This document shows positions 27,301-39,341 of a DNA stretch of 64,000 nt, in pieces. Numbering within the stretch: the first letter of the stretch is position 1; the number at the start of each line of letters is the position of its first letter. Position numbers and translations under genes: made by a program. This DNA comes from Trichoplax sp. H2 (taxonomy: Eukaryota), in assembly GCA_003344405.1 (NCBI GenBank), contig NOWV01000002.1, positions 1,550,001-1,614,000 of the forward strand, given 5' to 3'. The notes under the pieces were generated by a model. That model worked only from the letters and a program-made list of their open reading frames with translations, had not been told where the DNA came from and did not search any database.

Positions 27301-28723
27301 ATTTTTTATATATACTTAATCTATCTATGCGTTGATTTGTTAGCAATATTAAAATTAAGTAGACAATAAAATAGAGGAATAGAGAAAGAATAAGAAACAT
27401 TCTTACATTATTTGATCAATATAAATGTTTTAAAATAGTTCGAAATAAGTAGATACCTTATAGCTAGTCTGTGAGTAAAAGTGAATTAATTATAATACAT
27501 TATGATCTAGCTGGAAAACAGATAATTCTAGAAATAATATGTTATGATTTATACGCATAGAAATTAAATGGAGATGATAATAAAATCAGCAGCGAAATTG
27601 AAAGTATTGCAAAAAAGTTATCTACTTTGACCGTACAAGTCAATAACTTGGAAAACAGCATCGACGATAAAATTTCAACTGGTATTTGTTATTATTCAGC
27701 TTCATTGGATTCATTCAGTAATCTTATTGATGACTTAACAATCGAAAATAAGAGACGCGATGAAGATATTGATATAGTTAGTCAAACGCAGGATAGCATG
27801 AGCAAATACATGCAAGATCTATCACAAAATACTAAAAATTATATCGAACAAAGTACAAGTAATTTTGAAATGGCTCACAATGATTTGCTCAGCCAAGTAG
27901 ATAATTTCAATCGAAAACAGGCAGTGATTGCAAAAAAGTTGGAGTCTACTTGTTCGGAATATGGTAAATTAAGAGACGATGTACAAGATAAATCTTTAGA
28001 ATTGGTTGCTGAACAGCAAATACATCGAGAGCATATCGAAAGGCTACAAGGAGGTGTCCAAGCGTTAACTGAAAGTTTAAAACAAGTCTTTGAAGATTTG
28101 CAACAGTTGCAGCAGCAAAGACAATTAGAATGGAGTAGCGAATTAATGACTCTTGGCCGCAATCCAAAAATACATGATCCAGATCGAATACAGAATGAAC
28201 GAATACAAGGGACTCTTAATTCTATTTCTGATAATTCTAAAATGATGTCAGAAGCAATTAAACTTCTCAAAGATGAACAACAGCGGTTATCAGATCACCA
28301 AAAGTTTAATGATCGAAATCAACATACTAATAACAACAATGATAACACAAAATCGTTTATATTAATTATTGTGGTAGGTATTTTAATATCCATGCTACTT
28401 CAGGTATGGCAGAATATGATAAGAAAGTAGCTAATTTAAATCATAGTATCAATAACTATTAATGTGACGAGTATCAATAATTACTATAATATTTGAATCT
28501 GTATCGATATTAATGGACAATTTCATATTGCATACTTGATATACTGCACTGTTATGCAAATTGATGTAAAGAAAGTCTGCCTATCAGTAAGGCTATTACT
28601 ATATTATTCCACATATCTAAACTAGATTTATAATCGTATTTACTGTAATGTATGGCTATAAATAAATAATTATTTCAGATGGTACTTGTATACGAAATTT
28701 ATGTGTGGTATACGGCAAATTAG
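24400..28723 (+). CDS. Ankyrin-repeat protein with a coiled-coil stalk and C-terminal transmembrane anchor
   Basis: In-frame exons 24881-25026, ~25250-25363, 25546-25647 (TPVHRAA), 25769-25867 (SPLHYAA), 25969-26067, 26169-26267, 26412-26510 (TALHYAV), 27196-27276 and 27561-28403/28430 (heptad-rich region, then FILIIVVGILISMLLQ). Possible last exon 28679-28723. The start exons (ATG at 24400, exon ~24746-24784) are less certain. Confidence 0.85.
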
Positions 28724-29584
28724 AATTCCAACGAAATACTAAGATGTTACTAAAATTTATACAGATCGTCACTTGATATATAGTCTTATAATAGCATTTT
28801 CGTGTACTAGAAGAAATAGTTAAAATATTTTTATTACGATGAAAGTATGAGCTAGAGCATACTAACTACACAAAAATACATTGTATATATGATATTATAA
28901 TTCTGCTGCTGCTAAATGACAATTTATAAAGTGCTATTTTATATCAAAGTGCTTGATAATTGCAGACTATTGGCCACAACCACTTCGAATGTAACTTTTT
29001 ATAAGAATTTAAAGGCATGTTCTACACACTACTTCAATTTTAGTTGCTCGAGGAAGCTCTACTACAGTTATTTAATATTAAATTAAAAATCTAGGATAAA
29101 TATGCATACACTAATCAATACATAAAAGGAATCATTTAGAATAGCTCAAAATTAAGCTTCAGTGGAAAAGGCTGAAGAAATTTTGTGGAAGTAATTGATT
29201 TATTTTAACTATCGAAAAAGAATAAGATATGTAGCACGACTTACTTAAAGGATACAATGATTATATACGATTATGGACAAAAATTTGCTCATTTTTAAAA
29301 TGAGGGCAATTACAAAGTAATAATTTAAACGCATAAAGAGATATTTTAGTACAGCTATACCACGATTGCTTGACTAAGTATCAATTATAGCATGATATTA
29401 TAATAACTGTAGTAGTTAGAATTTAATTTTTTTAGCATTAATGAATGGCATCATTATAATACATATTAATGATAATTAATAAAGATATCGTTACAGACAG
29501 TAGTATTTCTAATATATAAAAAATTAGACAGCCTTACAAATACCCCTTATATTTGTTAAATGTTACGAAGCAAATTTAGGTAAA

Positions 29585-30632
29585 TTAATTGTCTGACGCA
29601 CAGACTGCTACGCAGGCAACACAACAGAAACAGAAGCAGAAAAAACCTACAATGATGTACCCGGCTGTAGTAATCCAAAAAGCAAATAAATAGAGCGTTT
29701 GGTTGCAGTACTTAATATCCATTGGATTAAAGGATGGTTTGTATATACTGTAAATCCACACGTTACCGGCAATGAACCAAGCAATGAGAAAGCAAGTTAT
29801 AAGGGTCTCGTAACTTTGCACGTTATTACTTTTAGAAGATTCCGAATTATCGGAATCTTCCGAATCGTCCGAATCATCTGTATCACCCTTCGATACTTGT
29901 TGGCAAAGATCCAGAAGATTCTTGAGCAATCCAAAACTCCCAAGAACAATTAAATATATTGGGATTTTAGGCTGTACTGGGCACTGGTCTTTGTATATTG
30001 CTCCTAGATGTTATTAGCTTAGGTTAGAATAAAATGTCTTTCTGTTGGCATACATAATTGATTAACACACGTATAGTATAAATGTATTACCTATAACAAT
30101 CAGGGAGATTGGAATAGCCAGGAAGATACCCAAAAATATTGTGAAGCCAACTGTCATGGTTGAAATGAAAATTAATAAACGCTGATGATTCTAAATGCAA
30201 GTTATCGTTATAAATTGGTTTTTAAGACAGAAAATTTGGTGACTCTTACATGTGCCAATAATCATTTTAAATATTTTTCCAAAGAACTGAGGATAGTTAT
30301 CTGACTCTTCTCGCGTTCTGCGTATTTTCTTTACGACTTCAGAATAAGATGGTGGTGGACCTAAGATTTTATAAATGAAGTTTGACGACATTTTTATTAT
30401 ACAACGTATAAATCTGATGACAGGATTTCTGCCCATAACCGAAGCAGTGTTATTTTTTTACGTATTTGCTTTCAAACCAAATTAAAGATATTAGATCTTC
30501 ACCTGGAAATGGCAGGTAAGGTGGCGGTGCTTCCCGTGACTCCAAGTTTGTTGGTGGCGCTTCAGGATCTTGTGATCCGTACCTTGGTGGCGGATCAGCC
30601 ACTAAAGTCGCATTGGTCCTATCGGTAGCCAT
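29585..30632 (-). CDS. TMEM272: TMEM272-like four-TM membrane protein
   Basis: Exons 30503-30632, 30250-30360, 30091-30150, 29585-30003 splice in frame. Family-type motifs GAIYKDQCPVQPKIPIYLIVLG and WFIAGNVWIYSIYKP...YCNQTLYLFAFW; three PPxY motifs in the N-terminus; Cys-rich tail. Confidence 0.8.
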
Positions 30633-30733
30633 TATCTCGCATTAATCGTCTGTAAATCTGTTGTAAGTAATATTATATTGCAAATTCAATTAGTACATAT
30701 CTAAGTATAAAAGATAATTCATAGCTAAGAGGT

Positions 30734-31323
30734 TGTCACAAAACAGCTTTGCAACAAGATAACGCAATATACGATCAATAAGTCAATTCCTTGAACCACG
30801 TATCAAGGAACGATATCTGCACTATCACAACCACTTTTGCTCTACTAGCAGACTACACAAAGACTTAAACGCCTCGTATTTTACGTTAAACACTAAGTTG
30901 GAGAATTCTTCTTTATTTCACGATACGCTGCATTTATATACTATTCCTCAATAGTTCATGAGTCATAGTTAATACAATTAACATTAGAATCATTTACTGA
31001 ATTAGATATTAATTTTAGCTACTGCTCCCTTAATGCAGACAATAGTATTTACGAACATAGACATGTAATGACTAATACAGAATAGTCAGATTACGATATG
31101 TCCTATCACGGAACATTTCCATGATAATTTACAGTCTACCATAAGTAAATTACAATCACAATGATTCGAACTGTAAGCAGATGATTTGCATTCCCTATTA
31201 TAACTATTAATTTCAGTTAAAACACAGTATATCCAAATTAGAAGTTAACTAAATAAGGATAGTCTAATAGAATTATCCTAACATAGATATTTCTACTGTA
31301 ATACAGTATATAACACTGTAACA
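30734..31323 (-). mobile_element. Solo-LTR-like element, copy 1 (590 bp)
   Basis: Termini TGTCACA...TGTAACA; perfect 5-bp TSD GAGGT (30729-30733, 31324-31328); minus-strand TATATAAA (30933-30940) followed by AATAAA (30912-30917); near-identical copy at 61370-62000. Confidence 0.85.
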
Positions 31324-33359
31324 GAGGTACTTTCCAATAAATAGGAAAACGCTTATTAATTATAAACCTACTGGACAGGATAATCACATTTATATAGCTG
31401 ATTACATTTGTAGCTGTTGTGATTGAATTATTATCTCTTGAAATGATATCGCTGTTACATGAAGCACGTAAGTCATATCAATTATAATTATGAAGCCTTA
31501 TTTCCCCGACAGTACCTGCTAAAACGATGGAGGTGAGAAATTCTTTTAAAATAATACTGCATAAGTTATTTCATTAATTAAGCAGTATTAGGTTAGAAAG
31601 ATGTAAAATATCGTATATCATCGATAACGATAAAGTGTAGTAATAAGAAAATATGATGCAATTACATTGAACGTATAGAAATTTTAATAATATAATAAAT
31701 AATTTATCAAGCATGATGCAATGTCAAAACAGAAGATTGAAATAAGATTAATCTTTAGAGTTAAAGCGTTCTTTCGGGTGTTACTTGTCTACATATTTTA
31801 TGGCAGAATGATAGTTATATATTTTTTAACAGGATAAATCAAATGTAATATAACCTAGTAAATTTAAAAAATCATCAGCCACACGTAGTTAGTGTTACAA
31901 TAAAAGGAATACATACAAAACCCCTCGAGGAAAATATCATATTCACTAAAATGTCTCAAAACGTGGACATTCGACTAACGTCCAATCCCAAGTTGAATAA
32001 TTCTACAATAAAATCATCTGCTATTTAATTCTCTTCCAATACAGTTTACTACGACAGATCACTTAGCCAGCTAATTTAAGTGTACAACAAGGAAAAATAT
32101 ACTCGATTCAAGCAAAGCGTTCTCAACCGTTGGATAAGAATGAATGAAATTTTAATTAATGGTTTGCTGCGTAAAAAATTTTTCTACCAAGAAATGAACA
32201 GCTTCACGTATAAATAGGCGTACACCGAATTAAGCTATTGTACAATATAGCAAAGAGATTTTACTATTCGCTGCTGATTATATTATTGAACAAATGGTAA
32301 AATTAATTGAAACAATTTAACAGACTAATACGATTCATTGATGTGTAGTACCTTTTAGATGACGGCAGTTTAGGAAAAATAAAAGAAAGGACAAACTTTA
32401 ATCCAAGAGATTAACTAGTACAGCTGCTTTCGTAAGAGCAATAATAGCAAAATAGATCGGAAATAGACGCATGGAAAATTTACAGTAGTGTGTTATCACA
32501 ACTGCGGACACATCGATCGACGTTCCTTCTTGATCAATATTATTGTGATATAATGTAGTGTTACATCATTTTTGCACTTGCAAAATACGCCCTTGGATAT
32601 CTCAGTGGATCATTGTTCCAACTGACAGAGGACAATTTTAACAGTTTCAATTTTTATCACAAGAAGCAATTTAAAATGTGATACAGGACGACGAAAGCTT
32701 AACCATACCAGATTTATGGGTAAGAGTTAATTTAAATTGTGTCTCGAAACAATAGTAGGAAATGAGGTAATGCTATACATTATTGATTTCATCTTTATAT
32801 TGCTTTACGAATATTGCACATATAAAGTTATTGAATCTATCATGGATGTATCTGCTAATCCAATCTCTCATTTCTCAATTACGCGTGCAACGACTTTATT
32901 ACGAACAAGTTGGAAAAATCGTCAAGACAATCCTCAGATTAAGTTAATAGCTGCTATATTCAATTACATTAAACTGTGCAAGGTCCACTATATTGACGTT
33001 TCAGCACGTAAATTTTTACGTATACCGGCAAAGCCCAAAATGTTACGAGTAGAACATGGTGTTAAATTTGAAATGCAAAGATACTATACTATTAAGCGTA
33101 AAAATCCAGTATTTGCACGACATGCTGGGACAATTGTAAGAATTCGAGCTTATGCATTGTAGCACCTAGTAAAATTGAAATCATGCTGTCATTAAATAAA
33201 TCAAAACGAAATAGCTATTGATTTTACACTTGATGGATTATCTTTCTATCCACAGTAGTCATCAATCTGACAGCTTATTTTACAGGACTTTGATAAATGA
33301 TGAAATCCACTAATTTGAGCTGATTAGTGTACGTATGGCGTATTAACTCAATCAATGCG

Positions 33360-34290
33360 AATAAAATGATCAACGAATTTGAACTCGATAGACAATTTAG
33401 TTATCAATAGTACTGTACATTTAACATTCCTTGTTGACTTTTGATTGCATCGATAATAAATAATGAGATCATGTAATTTTATTGTTCTATATCCCTATAT
33501 ACTGTGCGTCCAGATTGATAAAAGATGCAGGCAATTAACATTTTAAATTTTTGAACTTTACTGTTTATTTTTCTTATAACTACATTGGTGACAAGTGATG
33601 AGATGAAATAATTTTGATTCATTTCTATGATTAATGGTTTGAACTCGATAACCAATCTAATTTTTTTGCACCTTTTACCGATTAATTTTCCTGTAACTAC
33701 AGTGCTGATGAATGATAAGATCAAATACAATATTAATTCATTTCTATGATTAACGATTTGAATTCGATAGGCTATCTATAAATTAAAACCTTTACAGCTT
33801 ATTTTACTTAGCTACATTGGTAACAACTGATGAGATCAAATCAATTTTAATTCACTTTTACGTGTATTCGTAAGAATCCTACTTTGAATCAATAACGACA
33901 CAACTACCGTCGATTTCAGGCTTGATAGACTACAGTACTTATCATGATATATCATCAATACGCGTATTATTAGCGTATTTTTTACTAGGTATTGATTGCA
34001 TAAGCGATCAATGTGCAAGAACCACTAATTTTAATAGTGTGCTCCATATCTATTGGACCTTAAAGCAATGCAGATAAAACGGCTCATGAATTTGAACTCG
34101 AAAGATTACATATTTACGTACGACATTTGATGGAAATTAATAATAGCTGTTTGTCTTGAGCGATCCCATCAGATTTGAACTCATAGTCAAGAATGAAACT
34201 AGGACTAATGATGTTGAATTTGATCGACAATTTAGCTATACATTCGAGCAGCATTTTTAGTAGACTTTGATTAACGAATTTAAATTTAAC
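33360..34290. repeat. Degenerate tandem repeat region (~110-125-bp units at 33580, 33706, 33812, plus scattered TTTGAACTCGA motifs)
   Basis: Recurring CTACATTGGT.ACAA.TGATGAGAT.AAAT and ATTCATTTCTATGATTAA...TTTGAAYTCGATA. Confidence 0.75.
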
Positions 34291-34380
34291 GCAGTACTAA
34301 AACCCTTAAAATAGATTCGATTTGCAAGATAGATCAAGATATTGCGCAGGTGTCGATGGTAAACGAAAACAATTCGTATG

Positions 34381-34461
34381 GTAGAATCAATACAATCCGA
34401 ATCAACAAAATAAGCTGTCAATTCCTGCCTATTTTGTTGATTCGGATTGTATTGATTCTAC
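34381..34461. repeat. Perfect 32-bp inverted repeat with a 17-nt loop
   Basis: GTAGAATCAATACAATCCGAATCAACAAAATA (34381-34412) and its exact reverse complement (34430-34461). Confidence 0.95.
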
Positions 34462-36843
34462 ATATTTTCATCAGCTACTAGTACCACGTATTTGACTGAC
34501 TTTTGAAAAATTTCAATTTTCTAACGCCCTTGGAATCAGGATATAATGTTCATTTTTCTTCCGTCCCGTGTCAATTTTATCACTGTTGTTAGGACTACGT
34601 ATAGAGAAATGGAGTTGTAAGCGTCGATAAAATTTGTGTACAATTGGAGGGTTTACCGAACTGAAGAATTCCCCGTAGATTACCTTTTCTACGGCTAACA
34701 ACTACAGAACTGTAGATTCTGATACAACTAGCTAGTTCTGTAATAGGTACTGTATGTTTATTGGACAGCTGGTTGTTTGGATTCGTGTCAATGATAAATG
34801 ATATCAGAATCCCTATCACGTTCTCAAAAGTGAATTCATCATTTCCTATGGTACAGTAGTATGATACAGTATACTAAATGCCATCCAAGTTTTTGACTGA
34901 AGTACCCGTAGTTGGCCTTTATTATAGTTAGTAACCACAGGATTAGACTATTATCCCGACCTCAAAAGCAAATCCTTCTTTTACTATAATAGTATGATAC
35001 TAATTAATTAGAATGCTATTCAAGCATTTCCACAGTTGCTAAAAACGGAACCGACAAAACAAATGCGAAATCGATAGTCAATGTGGTCGATATTTTGATT
35101 CTACTTTTCAGTGTCTGCTTCAATATAGGATAGTAACTAATAAATGAGTAGCCATTTTGGATTAACTGACGGTCGACACGACCATCAAATTTATGTTGTT
35201 ATAATTAAAACAGAATACATCGAGCTTCTGTTTGTAACGCTATCATCAAAGGTCTCGATCGGCTGGGAGTCCAAATTTCGTTGAACTGTTATTAATTATA
35301 TATTGGAATTATCATTGTATTAAAAGTAGTTAAGGGAAGAGTTTTATTTTTCTACCATGGTCACGACATGAGTAGTCAATTTTACTTGGTTACAAACTAT
35401 CTACTAACCCTCCCAGTTGATGATAGTAAGTAAATGAATCAAGGTTGCTGATGATAGCAGTAGAATAACACCGAGTCAATAATTATTAATTAAAAAAATA
35501 CATACACGTCTGTACTATCTATCTACGAGAATAATAGACTAGACAACAAGAAATATTAATCAATTATTCGGCTCGGGATTTCATCAGGGTGGTATGGAAA
35601 AATTCGATGAAAGCTGATAGAGTACAGATGGTCTCTATCCCATCAACTTGTTCAATTCCTTTTAACAATCTACAGTACTCTTCTTTCGTGTGATAGGATA
35701 ATATCATGATTGGACTGGTACGATGTAGGTAATGATGTGGTAATGGCGATAAACTGTCATATCACGTACACTGAGTAACCGATATCCACGGTGCGGGAAA
35801 AGTTGTGGACAAGGTCGTGCGAGAAAAAATACTCGTACTGTAGCATCAGCATGGAAATTAGTCGAGATTAACACGAAGAGAAAGAAGGCATAGGCATGTA
35901 ATGAAGGGCAAAAGGATAGACAGATTAATTTGGCAGCAGTAAAGATCTCATCATCCATATTTATTTCCAATTGCTCCATGTCTACCTACAGTAAGTCATA
36001 CTACTGTCTAGTGACTGTATACGGTATGTTGGGAACATGTTTTCTTCTGCCAGCACAGAATGTTACCGTCAAAAGTGACGAGAGAGAGAGAGAGTTGACG
36101 ACGGCATATCGTATCTAATTACTACATACAGTAGTACATACAGTAGTCCAAAAGGGTTTCTCAAAGCAGGAATGACTCAAGCAACAATTTTCCCTCACCT
36201 TACCGAAAATTCTAGTTTTCAAGGTAAGGGCGTTGCATATCAATTGACGATCATGAACGATCAATAATCGCAATGACTATACAGTATACAGTATATCTAT
36301 CGATTTCTAATTCATTTCATACATTCATATCCATACACAATCAATCAAAATAAAACGCCTATCCCAAACGGATAGAATCAAATTATACTACTGAACTTAT
36401 TGGAGTCATTCTTACATATCCTGGAATATAGAATATCGCCGTACCGATGAGAGTTGTTGTGAAATTAAATTTCGATTGTCAAGCGACGTAAATTTTTCGC
36501 TGATAAAAAAGCCCAAATTAACCAAAGGTGCTGGAAGACTTGTCGTACGGTATGGCTGCTAATGCAAAGTACTGTACAGTACTGTACAGTCGAGAAAAGT
36601 CCTTCATCAGTGTTGACTACGGAAAATCGATGACGTAAATAAAACAATAGACCTTCGGTGTACAGTACCGTAGGTATAGTACTAGTTCAAGTGTTGATAT
36701 AAAGAATAGTACTGTATTATGGTTAACATACATTACAGTCGATAGGCCACTCTTGCAGGGGCGTGGCTACCGTGTAGTGTTATTCAATGGTGAAGAAATG
36801 GACTTTCAATTTGGCTAGAATTCCATGCAGATACATCTGTACA

Positions 36844-36943
36844 ACCTTGAGCCATTGGCTCTTGATATGTTAATTCCTTTTTATCGCAGTATTACCTTGA
36901 GCCATTGGCTCTTGATATGCTGATTCCTTTTGATCGCAGTATT
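36844..36943. repeat. 50-bp tandem duplication
   Basis: ACCTTGAGCCATTGGCTCTTGATATG...ATCGCAGTATT occurs twice with few mismatches. Confidence 0.9.
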
Positions 36944-39341
36944 GAATAATTCTATTTCTACTTTCTAATACAAACTATCAGGCGCTGTTCGATGTATGGT
37001 CGCCCCGGGCAACCATTTTCTACAAGTCACGTGGTAATACCGGTCGACAAGTCCATGGAGTACACTCAGTACTGTACAGTACCCATCGACCCAGAGAGCT
37101 CAAAGGAAAACAACCTGGTCACAGCTAGCCTGGAGTCTATAAATCACCATACTGAATCAGTTGTATTCAGTACTTAAAACTGACACAAAACCGATAGCAG
37201 TCTTTAGCACTCTGGCACTGGTCGAGCGGCAGCAAATGCATTTACCGATGGAAGAAGGAAGAGAGAAAAGCTCGACGCAACAGGATTCTGAAATAACTGC
37301 CCAAGATGAGAGGATCGATCCAAATGCGACCATCCTAAGCCATTCTGTTTTATCTCTACTTGTACCAAAGGTTGAATATGTTCAGGGCAGCGTCAAAGAA
37401 ATTACGTAAGTGAAATGATGTCATTTTGCTTGGAAAGTGATCGATGAGTCACAGCGTGTTGGTTAGCTACTGCAAACTTTTGTCACTTTTTGCTAGATGC
37501 TGATTTTCATTTGTAGAGTATCATTGCCACTTGTATGACTTTCAACCTTCAATAGTATTGTAACAAATATTACCCTAGCCTTTGACAGTAGAAATTCAAT
37601 CTATACCACATGGATAAACTCTCCAAATGGCTGAAATGACAGAGGACCATTTTACCAGCAGTTTCAATTGTACCACAACTTAACGAGCAAAAGTACCCCC
37701 TTTACTTGCTCTTACTTTATCAAGTACTCTACTCGTAGAAGTGTTATGAGGATTGATTGATTGTAATTTCCCGCTCAAAACATTCTTGAAATTAGATGGT
37801 TGTGCTTGAATGGACCTTCCATTCTTGCGATCGCTTTAAAGTTACCCGTTAGACACAACATAAACTTGTCATAAATAATAGTGCCCCGCTACAAGCACTA
37901 CCAGCTACTTGAATGAATGTAAGGTCGTCTTCCTCATTATGGTACGTGCTAGGGGACTCGTCAACGAACAGAATAGGCATAACTAAGTTGAATTCAGTAT
38001 CTAAACAACATTCTAGCGGACTATTATAATAAGAAAACGAATCTTGCCTAATAGAAATCATCCTATCGACATTGTTTGCCCTTAATCCTCAATTTGCTAG
38101 TCTTGTAGTGAATACGGACTGTAAGTTGCAGCGCAAGTGATCATGGGAAGGAAATGTCATGACACAAATGAATTGATCCCTAAAATCAACATTTCTACTT
38201 TATAAGATACCCCTGACATACTGTGCAACTAGATATTATTAACGTTTACCATGTGGCTTTGCTAAGAAATCAACAAAGTGTTGTATTCATTTTTCAGTAA
38301 AACACAGAACGTCCTTGCCAAATCAGTCGAGCAAGAAAATGAAAAGTTTCGGCAAATTGGCTACATTCATGACTTATCAAATACTGTAAGATATGCAATC
38401 ATCTCAAATTGCAATGTTGTTATCATTGATGGATTAATGGAAGGCATTTAGAGACTCGATAATACTGTTTTAATGATACTCATTTTGATACTTTGAGTGA
38501 GCTTTAGATGATTTGTTCATTTTCATATGATATATTATCGATATCATTGGTATGTTAATGTCATTATAATTATAGTTTATTAGGTGCAGACGTTGCAGAT
38601 TTAAGCTAGTCAATATCAGGAGAGAAATGTTGAATCTGAGCGATAGAATGAATAAATTAAAGGTAGGCAATCGTCGTGATTTATCACGCCAATCGTTTGT
38701 GCTCTTGATAATATAATGATACACTTACTACAATTCATTATCGATTACTCTTTGCTGTTACGTTTGCGGGTACTTATTCGTATGTTACTTGTTTGTGCTG
38801 CTGTCACTTGCAACCATGCAGAAACGTGCTGCAAGACTAAAGTCTATCCGCGAAAAGCAGCAGTTAAAGCAAGCCCAAGAAGAAGCCGAAAGACAAGCCT
38901 ATCAAGCTAGCTTACTTGCTAAACCCGCCAAGCATTTAACAAATCAAAACTGAAAAGATGATAAAAAGACTAAGACTAAGTTCATGCAATGAAATACTTG
39001 ATTTTTTTCACGTATATAAGATAGCCATCACTGTACATTGTTTTTATATCCATGATATGAAGGATAACCGTACTTCGATAAATTATTAGCTATTGGTTAT
39101 CGTTTTCGGATCTAGATAATTTTCAACAGTATCCTATCACGATATCATGGATTAGGATACTACGTTTAATAATTGCCAAACCATCTAAAAATTGATTGCA
39201 AATATACAGTGTTTTGCGAGGAATTGATAGTGTGGTTGTGCAATGGTGAAACAGCATGGTCATAAAAATAGATGAATACTCTTAGAAGCACATTCATTTT
39301 GGTGCTATGCAGTATCATAGTGTTATCTGAAAAACTTTATT

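Noticed and set aside
27875..28270. Cys/Ser-rich 131-aa minus-strand ORF
   Set aside because: Antisense shadow of the coiled-coil exon.
32621..32650. CTGACAGA-stem-CAA as a hammerhead ribozyme core
   Set aside because: Lacks the exact CUGAnGA/GAAA core and the flanking stems I and III.
32737..33162. 141-aa ORF
   Set aside because: TTG start, no recognisable motif and no splice partners found; left uncalled.
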